A stretch of 64,000 nt of DNA from an uncultured Alphaproteobacteria bacterium (GTDB lineage: Bacteria > Pseudomonadota > Alphaproteobacteria > Rhizobiales > Beijerinckiaceae). The stretch is taken from contig CAVVNR010000016.1 of assembly GCA_963749715.1 (NCBI GenBank), forward strand, positions 8,245-72,244, in the 5' to 3' direction. Positions 41,438-51,776 of this stretch are shown here, one piece after another. Numbering within the stretch: the stretch's first letter is position 1; each line of letters begins with the position of its first letter. Below the pieces are notes generated by a model, which worked only from the letters and a program-made list of their open reading frames with translations, had not been told where the DNA came from and made no database searches. The translations under genes and the position numbers were made by a program.

Positions 41438-42665
41438 TTAGTCGAACAGCTTCAAGTCGACCGCGTCGCCCATGGCGCGATAGCCGGCGTCGTTTGGATG
41501 CAAATGATCCCCGACATCGTAGTCGGCGCGAATCCGGGTCGGATGATCCGGGTCCCGCACCGCTGCGTCGAAGTCGATCACGGCGTCGAAGTCGCCGTGC
41601 CGAATCCAGGCGTTCACCGCTTCGCGTTTCGCCTCGCCCTCCGGCGTGTAATAGCCGTGGAACACCGTGCCCTCGTAAGGGGTCAGGGTCGCGCCGTAGA
41701 TTTTCGCCCCCCTCTCGTGCACGCGGGCGATGATCTGCTTCATGCCGTCAATAATCTGCTCGGCGGAAACGTCCTGTTCCGCCAGCTCGCCGGCGGTGGA
41801 GTGCCCGATGTCGTTGATGCCCTCCATCAGCACCACCCAGCGCAGTCCCGGCGCCGAGAGCACGTCGCGATCGAGTTCGAGCCAACGCGCTGGGGCCGAA
41901 CAGGTCCTCCGGATGATCATGGAGGATGCGATTGCCGCTGACGCCGGCATTGACAACGCCGGCGGGCGCCGCGCCCGACCGGGCCGCCAAACGTTCCGCC
42001 AGCCGGTCGGGCCAGCGGTGGTTATGGTCAACCTCCGAGCGGTAGCCATCGGTGATCGAATCCCCGAGCGTGACGAGAGTGGCGGGCTGCCCGGCGGCCT
42101 TTACATCCACCTCGTCGATGAAGAACCGCGACGTCGATGTATGCGGCGAGGGCAGCGCGGCCGCCGCGGTGGAATCGGCGTCGTTCGAGATGTAAGTCGT
42201 CGCCACGCCATCGAGATGGATCACCGCAGGCCCCGTCCACCGAGGGACAAACATGCTCAAGGCCAGCGTCGATAACGGCGGCAGGTCGATGTCGACCGGA
42301 TCGGACACCGCCTCTGCGCCCGGCGCAATCGTCACGCCGCCGGCGCCGCCGAAGGTCAGAGCATGGTCAGTCGCGGGGTCAATTGTCCCGGGCGCCCGAT
42401 CTGGGGCCGGCTTCGCCACATGGGCCGCGCCGATGACAAGTGGATATTGGCCGGTCGCGTTGGAGAAGCGCACCCGCGCCTGGTTGCCGCCCGCGCTCAG
42501 TCGAACGAATGTGCGCAAGGTCTCGTAGTTGACGTCCGGCCCAACCGGAAACACGTCGCTCGCTCCCCAGCTTCCGACCCAGCCGTCCGCCAGCGCGGGC
42601 GGCGCAACGACGCTGAGTAGCGCCGCCGCGGCGGAGGCGGCAAAAAGACTGCATCCATATCTCAT
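41438..42665 (-). CDS. Secreted SGNH/GDSL hydrolase, frameshift near 41880
   Basis: Signal peptide, LGDSITDG and NAGVSGN in one frame, then EGINDIG and GDHLHPNDAGY in the next. Confidence 0.85.
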
Positions 42666-42940
42666 GACGTGTCCTCCTAACGTTCGCTGTCGATGCTTCG
42701 CGCTCGACTGAATCAACTTTCCGTTCTGGAGATTTTTGAGGCGATCCGCGGCGCTCGAGCCAAAGTAGCCGCCACCACCGACATTCGGCAAATCAACCTT
42801 TCTGTCGATTGCAATCGAGTCCTGTAGGTAGGCGCTCCCGCAACGCGGGCGTGGCCGGGCGTGGCGGGCTCGAAAGGGCTGGCGCGGGCGGGGACGGTCC
42901 TCTTAGCGCCTGAAGCAATTCGCGGCGGTCGGTTTGCCGG

Positions 42941-44236
42941 TCACGTCGCCCTGCGCGCGCTCAGCTGCGCCCGGAGCGCCTGTTCGACCGCCCTCATTTG
43001 AGCTTCGGTCTCCGTTTCGGAGGAGTTCGCCGCGCCAGGGACCTGGACCGAGGCAAGCTCGGCGGACGGCACGCCTCGCTCGGCGGCGATCCGCCCCGCG
43101 CGCAGAACGAGCGAACGCGGCGGCCGGACAACGACGGCGTCGGCGACGCTTGCGGCTTCGACGACGACGAGATCGGCGACCGCGCCGGCGTGGAGCCCGC
43201 GGCGGGGATCGCCGAGCGCCCTGTCGGCCTCGCGCGTCGCGAGCGCGAAAACGTCATCGAGCTCGCGGTCCGTAAACATCTCGTGGCGTTGGGCGATGAT
43301 CCCGGCGCGATCGAGCATGTCGCCATTGCCATAAGGCGACCAGCAGTCGCGAATGTTATCGGAGCCGGCGAACACCGTGACGCCACGCTCTCGCAGCGCG
43401 CGGACCGGCGGCGCCGGCGCGGAAGGCGGGCAGGAGGTCATGATTGCAACTTCTGCGCGAGCCAGCCGATCGGCGGTCTCCTCGAACAGGCGCGGCTCGA
43501 TGGTTCCGAGCGCGAAGGCGTGGCTGACCGCGACGCGCCCTTGCAGGCCGGCGGCGATCGTGCGCGCGGCAATGTCGCGAAGCTCGGCCGCGCCGGGCTC
43601 GCCGTGGTCGTGCAAATGAATATCAATTCCTCTTCCGAGCGCCTCGGCCACTCCGAAGACGATGTCGAGCTGGCCCTTGACGTCGCCGTCGAAACCGGCC
43701 GGGTCCAGACCGCCGACGAGGTCGGCGCCCGCCACGAGCGCTGAGGCCAGGAGGTCGGGCGCGCCGGGTTCGGTCGTCACGCCGCTCTGCGGGAAGGCGA
43801 CGAGCTGAATGTCGATCCAGTCGCGAAAAGCGTCGCGCACGCGCAGCACAGCTTCGAGATTGGCGAGGCCGACGTCACTGTCGACGTCGATGTGGCTGCG
43901 CGCGCGCGTCGTGCCGTTGGCGATCAGCGCAAGCACAAGGGCGGACGCGCGCGCTTCGATCGGCAGGGCGACCTGATGTCGCTGGACGCGCTCGGCGGCG
44001 ATCCGCTCGCGCACGCTGCGTCCCTCCACATGGGGCAGGCGCGGCGCGCCCCAATGGGTCTTGTCGAGATGGATGTGGCCGTCGACGAACGCCGGCAGGA
44101 GCAGCTTGCCGTCGAGTTCGATGCATTCGCCGGCGGGCGCCGCCGTCCCCGTCGCGTGCGTCGCAACGATGAGGCCGCCGGCGATCTCCACGTCGGCGAG
44201 GCTTCCGTCGGGCAGGCGCGCGTTGGCCAGGATCAT
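42941..44236 (-). CDS. Amidohydrolase, cytosine-deaminase (CodA)-like
   Basis: FVDGHIHLDKT, GTTRARSH, AFPQSG, DIHLHD, SHAFAL and GSDNIRDCWSPYGNGDML. Confidence 0.85.
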   Translation of the reverse strand: MILANARLPDGSLADVEIAGGLIVATHATGTAAPAGECIELDGKLLLPAFVDGHIHLDKTHWGAPRLPHVEGRSVRERIAAERVQRHQVALPIEARASALVLALIANGTTRARSHIDVDSDVGLANLEAVLRVRDAFRDWIDIQLVAFPQSGVTTEPGAPDLLASALVAGADLVGGLDPAGFDGDVKGQLDIVFGVAEALGRGIDIHLHDHGEPGAAELRDIAARTIAAGLQGRVAVSHAFALGTIEPRLFEETADRLARAEVAIMTSCPPSAPAPPVRALRERGVTVFAGSDNIRDCWSPYGNGDMLDRAGIIAQRHEMFTDRELDDVFALATREADRALGDPRRGLHAGAVADLVVVEAASVADAVVVRPPRSLVLRAGRIAAERGVPSAELASVQVPGAANSSETETEAQMRAVEQALRAQLSARRAT

Positions 44237-45297
44237 CAGATGAGATTCAACCGCTTCGCCGCCGCATAATTGTAGAGCGGGTCGCCATAGCGCCTGAATT
44301 CCTCGCCGGCGGAAAAGCTGAGGCTCAGATCATGCTCGTCGTCGCGTCCGACCGCTTCGCGAAAGATCTCGGGCCAATCGGGCAGGCGCATGCGCCGCCA
44401 CGCCTCGAGCTGATCCTCGCTAGGCAGGGCAGGGAAGCCGATCTTCGGCACGAGCGCCGCGATCGCCTGCCAGAAATGGCGCAAGGGCGCCGCCGTGTCA
44501 GGCGTGCGCGGCGCAATAAGCCTGAGCCAGTGCGTCCCGGTCAATGCGTGGAGCGCGCAAAAGTCGAGCGTCGAAGCATAGAGCGCAAGCGAGACGCGAG
44601 CGACACGGTCATGCGTCCGAGGCCCGATTGCGAGCAGGTCGACGACGGGCGCGAATTCAGGTTTGTGTGCGATCGCGCGCATGAAATGCCAGAGAAGATC
44701 GCGCTCGACTTCGACTTGCCGGAATGTCGCCGGTCCATACATGAAGGCGAGAACCTCCGCCGGATCGTCAGTCGAGGGCGCGCCGCCCTGCGGGGCGCCG
44801 AGTGGAAGATAGGTCGCGGCCCAATAACCGAGCGCGACTTCGGTTTCCTCGTCGCTGTCGGTCATCGTCGCATAGGCCATGCGCATGAACGCGTGCAGCG
44901 CGCTCGCCGCCATGCCGGGTATGAGCTCGGGAAGGTAAAGGCTTGCAGCCTCGTTCGCGCCAAGCCGCGCGACTTCGCCGGCGAAAAACGCTCGGTAGTC
45001 GCCTTCGCGTTCGCGCTGGCCTAACCAGTCGCGCCATGTGCGGCGGGTGATCTCGCCGACGCGCGGGGGAACTGCAACGAGCCGGTTTTGCTCGTGGTAG
45101 ACTCGGCAATAGTCTTCGAGACGCTTGTCGCTCGCCCCCATCCGATGCAGCGCCACCAGAACCATCGGCAGGTGATTGGCGAGATGGAACGGGAACTCCG
45201 CGCTCCATTGCCGCGACCACGCGACGGCCCGCTCGAGCCCATGTCGCGTCGCGGATGGATGAGAAGAGACCGGGGCGCGCGCCGACGCCGCTCCCAT
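44236..45297 (-). CDS. DUF4243 / questin-oxidase (AflY/HypA)-like protein
   Basis: LANHLPMVLVAL..MGA, ALHAFMR.AYA, ALGYWA, ALHALTGTH and DDEHDL His-rich motifs. TGATG coupling to the amidohydrolase. Confidence 0.7.
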   Translation of the reverse strand: MGAASARAPVSSHPSATRHGLERAVAWSRQWSAEFPFHLANHLPMVLVALHRMGASDKRLEDYCRVYHEQNRLVAVPPRVGEITRRTWRDWLGQREREGDYRAFFAGEVARLGANEAASLYLPELIPGMAASALHAFMRMAYATMTDSDEETEVALGYWAATYLPLGAPQGGAPSTDDPAEVLAFMYGPATFRQVEVERDLLWHFMRAIAHKPEFAPVVDLLAIGPRTHDRVARVSLALYASTLDFCALHALTGTHWLRLIAPRTPDTAAPLRHFWQAIAALVPKIGFPALPSEDQLEAWRRMRLPDWPEIFREAVGRDDEHDLSLSFSAGEEFRRYGDPLYNYAAAKRLNLI

Positions 45298-45471
45298 GAG
45301 TTCCTCCGATGCGCTTGTCGATGTTGCTATCCGATCTGGCCGTGCTTGGAAAGCGGCTTCGAAAGCAAACATGCGCTACGTTGGCTTTTGACGGCGACCG
45401 CACAAAATCATTTGATTTGGCGAAAATCGCGGTGGTAGCCTGCCTTTCGTCATCCAGGGGAGAAGAGCGGC

Positions 45472-46758
45472 ATGAAACCCTTCGTTGGTTCGGTTGCGGC
45501 GCTTGGGCTTGGCGTCGCAATGATCGCGGGCGTCGCGGGCGCGGCCGCTGCCGATAAGCCTTACGACGGCGTCACGCTCAATCTCGCCTCGCAGAACGAC
45601 CAATTCGCCGCGGTGTTGGCCGCGGTTGCGCCTGAGTTCGAGGCGCTGACCGGCGCAAAGGTCAATGTCGACATCTTGAGCTACCCTGAGCTCTTGACCA
45701 AGGTCACCGCCGACTATGTCGGCCACACCAAGGGCTATGACCTCGCGACAGTCGACATTGTCTGGTCCGGCCAGTTCGCCGAGGCCGGCTATACCGTCGA
45801 TCTCACCGACTGGATCAAGCGCGACGCCGCCGAGATCAAGGTCGACGACATCTACCCCTCGCTCATGGCCTCGCTTGGCGGCTACAAGGGCAAGCAGGTG
45901 GCGTTTCCGTTCGCCGGCTATGCCAACGTGCTCGCGTACCGCAAGGACCTTTACGAAGCCGCCGGCCTGAAGCCGCCCGCGACTATGGAGGAATTCGTCG
46001 CCGACGCGCTCAAGCTCACCGACAAGAGCAAAAAGATCTACGGCTTTGTCGCCAATGGGCAGAAAGGCCCCGCGGTGGCGCAGGACTGGATGCAGTACAA
46101 TCGCCAGTTCGGCGGCTCGATCCTCGACAAGGACGGCAAGCCGGCGCTCAATTCGCCCGCCAACATCGACAGCGTCGTCGCTTACAAGAAACTGTTCGAC
46201 GAGGCCGCGCCCCCGGGCGCCGCCGACTACGACTGGGGCGGGCGCGAGGAGAGCTTCCGCCAGGGGCTGGTCGCCAACATGCAGACCTGGTCGATCGGCG
46301 CCGCCGACTACGACAATCCGAAAGTGTCGAAGATCGCCGGCAAGGCGGGAATCGTGCTGACCCCCTCGGCCAGCGGGTTGCCGCAGGAATACGGGATCGG
46401 CGGCTGGGCGCTCGGCATCAACAAGGACATCGACCCGAAGAAGCAGGAGGCCGCCTGGGCGTTCATCAAATGGGCGACGAGCCCGGCCGTCCACAAGGAT
46501 CTCAACCTGCGCGGCGCCGGAAGCTATCTGCGCAAGAGCGAAATGACCGATCCGGACCTGCTCGCCAAATACCCGTTCCTCCCGGTGATCGCGACCTCGT
46601 TCGAGCACGGCGACGGCGACTTCCGGCCGCGCATTCCGCAATATCCCGAGTTGCAGGATTTGATCGGCGGCGCAATCAATGCGGTGCTGGTTGGCCAGGC
46701 CGATCCCAAGGCCGCGATGGACGGCATTCAGGCCAAGGCGGAGGCGCTGTTCAAATGA
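45472..46758 (+). CDS. Sugar/polyol ABC substrate-binding protein (CUT1)
   Basis: Signal peptide, YDGVTL, YRKDLYEAAGL, GGWALGIN and RPRIPQY. Confidence 0.9.
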   Translation: MKPFVGSVAALGLGVAMIAGVAGAAAADKPYDGVTLNLASQNDQFAAVLAAVAPEFEALTGAKVNVDILSYPELLTKVTADYVGHTKGYDLATVDIVWSGQFAEAGYTVDLTDWIKRDAAEIKVDDIYPSLMASLGGYKGKQVAFPFAGYANVLAYRKDLYEAAGLKPPATMEEFVADALKLTDKSKKIYGFVANGQKGPAVAQDWMQYNRQFGGSILDKDGKPALNSPANIDSVVAYKKLFDEAAPPGAADYDWGGREESFRQGLVANMQTWSIGAADYDNPKVSKIAGKAGIVLTPSASGLPQEYGIGGWALGINKDIDPKKQEAAWAFIKWATSPAVHKDLNLRGAGSYLRKSEMTDPDLLAKYPFLPVIATSFEHGDGDFRPRIPQYPELQDLIGGAINAVLVGQADPKAAMDGIQAKAEALFK

Positions 46759-46839
46759 CGTCGGGACGACGCGCCTGAACCACGAGAGAATTCGATCCGC
46801 AACGGGGGAGGACCGCGCGCGCGGACGCCCGGGCTCCGG

Positions 46840-47787
46840 GTGAGCCTCGTCTCGCAGGAGGGCGCCGGAAGCGCCGAGGACCCGGCCGTGTCGACGGGCT
46901 TTCCTTACGCCCGCAAGCGGCAGCTGTTCCTGGTCGCGCTCGCGGCCCCGGCGCTCGTTTATGTGCTCGCGGTCGCCGTCGGGCCGATGATCCAGGGGTT
47001 TCTCTACTCGTTCGACAGTTACAATCTGATCCGCCCCGGTTCGCGCCATTTCGTCGGGCTCGACAATTATTTCGCCCTGTGGCGCGATCCGACCGCGCGG
47101 AGCGCGGTGATCAACACCTTCGTGTTCACCTTCGGGGCGGTCGCGATCGAATTCGTCCTCGGGCTCGGGATCGCGCTCCTGTTGTGGCGCGACGACTGGT
47201 TCAACCGGGTCGCGCTTGGTCTTCTGCTCGTCCCGGCGACGGTGACGCCGCTGGTGGTCGGGCTGGTGTTCAAGGCGCTGCTCAGTCCGGAATACGGCAT
47301 GCTCGGCTACGCTTTCGCCGAGAGCGGCCTTTCCGGTCCGCGCGGCCTGCTTGCCGAGCCCGAGCGCGCGCTCGCGACACTGGTGGCGATCGACGCCTGG
47401 GAATGGACGCCGCTGATGGCGCTGATCCTGCTTGCGGGATTGAAAACGCTGCCGACCGACATCCTCGAAGCCGCCAAAGTCGACGGCGCGACCGGGTCGC
47501 AGCGACTCTGGTTCATCGTCCTGCCGCTGTTGCTGCCCGCCGCCTTTCTCGCGCTGATCCTGCGCATGATGGACGCCTTCCGCGTGTTTGACATCATCTT
47601 CGTCACCACCAACGGTGGGCCTGCGGATGCGACCAACACCCTGATGATCTATGGCGTCAAACAGGGGCTTGAGTTTTTCAACATCGGCGCCGCGTCCGCC
47701 GTCTCAACCGTCATCGTCCTCTGCATCCTCATCATGGCCGCGGCGTTCATCGCTGTCCTCAAGCCGGCGAGAAACCGGCATGGTTGA
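46840..47787 (+). CDS. Carbohydrate ABC permease (MalF-like)
   Basis: FVGLDNY, WEWTP and ILEAAKVDGA. Confidence 0.9.
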   Translation: MSLVSQEGAGSAEDPAVSTGFPYARKRQLFLVALAAPALVYVLAVAVGPMIQGFLYSFDSYNLIRPGSRHFVGLDNYFALWRDPTARSAVINTFVFTFGAVAIEFVLGLGIALLLWRDDWFNRVALGLLLVPATVTPLVVGLVFKALLSPEYGMLGYAFAESGLSGPRGLLAEPERALATLVAIDAWEWTPLMALILLAGLKTLPTDILEAAKVDGATGSQRLWFIVLPLLLPAAFLALILRMMDAFRVFDIIFVTTNGGPADATNTLMIYGVKQGLEFFNIGAASAVSTVIVLCILIMAAAFIAVLKPARNRHG

Positions 47788-48601
47788 CCGCGCCCGGCTG
47801 AGGCTAGTCGCGCGCCGCGCGGCGATCTGCGCGGTCCTTATGGTCGCCCTCGCGCCTGTCCTGTGGCTATTCTCGATCGCCTATAAGCCGACGAGCGATA
47901 TCTTCTCGTCTCCCCCGACCCTTCTCTTTTCGCCGACCTGGGATAATTTCGCGAGCGTCTTCCGCTATTTCAATCTCGGCAGGCTGCTGGAGTCGAGCCT
48001 GATCATCGCCGTCGGGTCGACGGCGCTGTCGCTCCTCATCGGCGTGCCGGCAGGATATGCGCTGGCGCGCTCGACCAGTCCGCGCGCCGTCTGGCTCGCG
48101 TATTTCTTTCTCATCGTCCGCACCGTCCCGGCGATCGCGACACTGATCCCGTTCTACCTCCTGATGCGCGACGTCGGCCTGCTCGGCACCTGGTGGGCGG
48201 TGATCATCCTCAACACCGCGCTCAACAGCGCCTTCGTCGTCTGGATGATGTTCTCATTCTTTCGCGCCGCGCCGGTCTCGATCGAGGAGGCGGCGCTGAT
48301 CGATGGCTGCACGGACTTCGGCGCCTTCATCCGGATCGCGCTGCCAACCGTGGTTCCGGGCCTGATCGCGAGCGCGATCTTTTGCGTCATGTTCTCCTGG
48401 AACGACTTTCTCTACGCCATGTTCCTGACCAAGGCCGACACCAAGACGATCTCGGTCGCCCTGCTTTCCGCCTATGGCACCAAGGATATCTCATGGGGAA
48501 CGCTCGGCGCGCTCGCTCATTTCTCGACGCTGCCGATCGTCGCGATGATGATCGCGCTCAATCGCTATTTCGTAGAGGGTCTGACGCAGGGCGTGAATTG
48601 A
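47780..48601 (+). CDS. Carbohydrate ABC permease (MalG-like)
   Basis: IEEAALIDGC, SWNDFLYA and RYFVEGLTQG. Confidence 0.9.
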   Translation: MVDRARLRLVARRAAICAVLMVALAPVLWLFSIAYKPTSDIFSSPPTLLFSPTWDNFASVFRYFNLGRLLESSLIIAVGSTALSLLIGVPAGYALARSTSPRAVWLAYFFLIVRTVPAIATLIPFYLLMRDVGLLGTWWAVIILNTALNSAFVVWMMFSFFRAAPVSIEEAALIDGCTDFGAFIRIALPTVVPGLIASAIFCVMFSWNDFLYAMFLTKADTKTISVALLSAYGTKDISWGTLGALAHFSTLPIVAMMIALNRYFVEGLTQGVN

Positions 48602-48639
48602 GGCGCGGTCCGCCCGGTCCAGCAAATTGCAGGCGCGCT

Positions 48640-49275
48640 TTAGGGCCCGACTAACGCCACGACTTCCATCAGCTGCGTGATCGAGCGGTCGGCGCCGACG
48701 AAGGGCTCGCCGGACGGCGAGTAGCCGACCACATAGAGGCCCGCCACCCGCGCCGAACGCGCGCCCGCGCCGCTATCCTCGACCGCGACCGTGGCGTGCG
48801 GCTCCGAGCCGAGCCGGCGAGCCGCTTCGCGGAACGGTTCCGGGTCGGGCTTGCCCGACAGCACGTCGTCCAGGCTCAGCGAAAACGCAATGATCTTGCC
48901 GATGCCCAGCGCCTTGATGTTGGCGTCGACAATCGCGCGCCCGGAGTTCGATACGCAGGCTTGCGCCACCCCGCGCGCGGCAAGCTCGAGCACAGCTTCG
49001 AGGGCGCCGGGGATAGGCTCAAGTTCCCCCGCATGGGCGACATAAAAACCCTCGATCGCCGCGATCCATGGGTCGAATGACGAGCCCGCGGGAAAGCGCG
49101 GCTTGAGCGCCTTCCATATGTCAACCGCGTGGACGCCGCGAAACGTCTCCGGCTCGAGGTCGCTGAGATCGGCGCCGAGAGCGGCGCTTGCGGCGACGAG
49201 CGAGCGCTGATGCAGCGGCTCGCTGTCGATCAGCGTGCCGTCGATGTCCCAGGCGACCGCGCGAAAGATGCTCAT
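48640..49275 (-). CDS. HAD-family phosphatase (beta-PGM/CbbY-like)
   Basis: WDIDGTLIDSE, VSNS, GKPDPEP and VEDSGAG. Confidence 0.9.
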   Translation of the reverse strand: MSIFRAVAWDIDGTLIDSEPLHQRSLVAASAALGADLSDLEPETFRGVHAVDIWKALKPRFPAGSSFDPWIAAIEGFYVAHAGELEPIPGALEAVLELAARGVAQACVSNSGRAIVDANIKALGIGKIIAFSLSLDDVLSGKPDPEPFREAARRLGSEPHATVAVEDSGAGARSARVAGLYVVGYSPSGEPFVGADRSITQLMEVVALVGP

Positions 49276-50779
49276 CGCCCGGCAAGTTCGGGGATAAATT
49301 TCGCGATAGCGCCGATAGCTCCGGCGATACGCCTCGGCGGCCTTGCGGCCGGGGATCGATGCGGTCGGCAGGCCGCACGAAGGCGGATATTCCCGACCAG
49401 TCGGAAGCGAGGCCGGCGCCGATCGCGGCCGTCCAGGCGACGCCGACGCAGGAGCCGGGATGTCCGGCCAGTCGTTGAATCGGCTGCCGCAAGACGTCGG
49501 CGACGATCTGCATCCAGATGCGGCTCGCCGATCCGCCATCAGAGGCGATGAAGCGCTCGGTCTTGTAGCCGATGTCGTTCATGACTTCGATGTGATGCGC
49601 GATGGCGTAGGCGTAGGCTTCGAGAAGGGCTCGCCACAGGTGGCCGATATCGTGCGACAGCGTGAGCCCGTCGATGGTCGCGCGCGCGTTCGCGTCGTGG
49701 ATCGGCGTCTTTTCGCCGAGAAAATAGGGCGTGATGACGAGCCCGTCGCTGCCGGCGGGGCGCGCCTCCGCGAGCCGGTCCAGCCATTGATGGAGCGAGA
49801 GGCCGGCTTTCCTGGCGGCCTCAGCTTCGCCGGAAGCGAACTCGCTAGCGAACCAGTTGAGGGCGGAGCCTCCGGTCGACATGCAGCCGTTAGGGACGAA
49901 GAGCCCGGGCTTGAGATGGTAATCCAGGAAGAGGCGCGGGTCCGGCCTGGCGTGGTCAGTCGCGGTCAGGATATCGACCGAGCCGCCGAATTTGAGCAGC
50001 ACGTCGCCCGCGTTGACGACGCCCGCGCCGAGCGCGGAAGCGATATGGTCCGCGGCGCCGCCGACGACCGGCGTTCCGGGCTCAAGGCCGCTCTCAACCG
50101 CGCCCTGGCGTGACACGCCGCCCAGAATCTCATGTGAGGCGACCTTGCGGGGCAGCGCGGCCCGCGGGAGATGGGCGAGGGCGACGAGAGCGTCGTCGAT
50201 CGCGCAGGTCTTCAGGTCGATGAAGCCGGCTTCCAGCGCCCAGTTCTGCTCGACCGCGCGCTCGCCCGTGAGGCGCCAGCCGATATAGTCGTAAGAGCCG
50301 AAGACGGTCGCGATGCGGGCGAACACCTCCGGTTCGTGACGCTCGATCCATCTGAGCCTGGCGGCGACGAGCTGCTGATTGACGCCGTTGCCAGCCTTGG
50401 CGAGAAAGGCGGTTTCGTCGATCTCGGCGCGAAGCTCGTCGACTTCGGCGCCGCAGCGCCCGTCGCTCTGCTGAATGCTCGGGCGCAACAGCCGCCCGGA
50501 AAAGTCCAGAAGCACCACCGCCGGCAGCATGCCGGTCACGCCGATTGCGGCGATGTCGGCGGGCGAGGCGCCGCTTGAGCGCATAAGCTCGCGTACGATT
50601 TGGCCGACGTTCGCCCACCATTGCTCGGGATCCTCCTCGGCCCAGCCGGGATGGTCCGAGCGCAATGCGACCGGCCGCGAAGCGAGAGCGAGGGTCTGAT
50701 CGGGCGGGCGGATCAGGACCCCGATCGTCGAAGTGGTGCCGATGTCGAGGCCGAGAACGCAGTGTTTGGCCGCTATCAC
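49272..50779 (-). CDS. FGGY-family carbohydrate kinase (xylulokinase-like), two indels near the 3' end (~49345, ~49290)
   Basis: LGLDIGTTS, GWAEEDPEQWW, GGAADH, PYFLGEKTP and DGGSAS. GTGA overlap with the btpA-like stop. Confidence 0.88.
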
Positions 50780-51576
50780 CGCAGCTTCGCCACGGCGTCC
50801 ATGAAGCGCTTCGCACGCGTGGCGTCGACCGGATTCCAGGTCTGCCCGTCGACCTTCAAATGAGTGCCGATCACCACGCCGTCGGCGATAGCGAGGATAT
50901 CGCGCACATTGTCGACCGTGACGCCGGTGTTGGCCAAGACCGGCACGGTTTGGACAGCCTCGCGGACGCTCATGAGGTTCGACCGCTCGACCGGCTCTCC
51001 GGTCAGCGGCCCGGAGACCAGGATCGCGTCGGCGAGCGAGGAGAACACGGCGCTCTTCGCGCGCAAGGCGATCGGGCGCTCGTCGAGCGAATGCGCAAAC
51101 TCCGCGTTGATGTTGAAGAGGAGCTTCATGTCGTCGCGGCCAAGCCGGCGGCGCAGGCGCAAGGCCCCGGCGGCGTCGGGCCGCCAAAGCCCCATGTCGG
51201 AAGCGAACAAGCCGGTGAAGATTTCGCGCACGAAGCTTGCTCCGGTCGCCGCGCCGATGGCGACGCTGGCGACCGGGTCCCAGAGATAATTGACGCCGAA
51301 CGGGACCTTGAGACGGGGCTTCGCGGCCTGCACCACGGCGGTCATGGCGGCGATGCCTTCGGGCGGCGCGTTGAAGAGATAGGGCCGATCGTTCTCGTTG
51401 CCGAACATGACCGCATCGACCCCGCCCGCTTGGAGACTGTCGATGTCCTTGAGCACGCCTTCGATGAGCCTGTCGACGCCCCCGTCCGCGTCGTAGAGCG
51501 GCGCGCCGGGGAGAGCCCCGATGTGGGCCATGGCGATCACGACTTTTGTCTTCTCGCCGAGGAAATCAAACACCAT
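50776..51576 (-). CDS. BtpA/SgcQ-family TIM-barrel protein
   Basis: IAMAHIGALPGAP, GGVDAVMFGNENDRPY, PFGVNYL, ADAILVSGPLTG, NTGVT and DGVVIGTHLKVDG..WNPVD. Confidence 0.88.
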   Translation of the reverse strand: MVFDFLGEKTKVVIAMAHIGALPGAPLYDADGGVDRLIEGVLKDIDSLQAGGVDAVMFGNENDRPYLFNAPPEGIAAMTAVVQAAKPRLKVPFGVNYLWDPVASVAIGAATGASFVREIFTGLFASDMGLWRPDAAGALRLRRRLGRDDMKLLFNINAEFAHSLDERPIALRAKSAVFSSLADAILVSGPLTGEPVERSNLMSVREAVQTVPVLANTGVTVDNVRDILAIADGVVIGTHLKVDGQTWNPVDATRAKRFMDAVAKLR

Positions 51577-51601
51577 GAAGGGAGTCCTCGGGCGCGAAGA
51601 C

Positions 51602-51667
51602 CGCAAAGCCCCATCGCGAGAACCCCCGGGCCACGACCCGGGGGTCCTCGCGATGACGGCGTTTGCG
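51602..51667. repeat. Long GC-rich hairpin / truncated REP
   Basis: CATCGCGAG-A-ACCCCCGGG-CCACGA-CCCGGGGGT-C-CTCGCGATG. The right end CTCGCGATGACGG resembles the terminus of the 4010 element. Confidence 0.7.
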
Positions 51668-51776
51668 CGGCTCTATGCCCGCAACTTAATTCCAACGGCG
51701 ACATTTTCAAACCAAAAGCTGCTTCGCGGCTTTCGATTTTGTTGATATGGATCGCCGCGCAGGCGCGGGAGGGACA

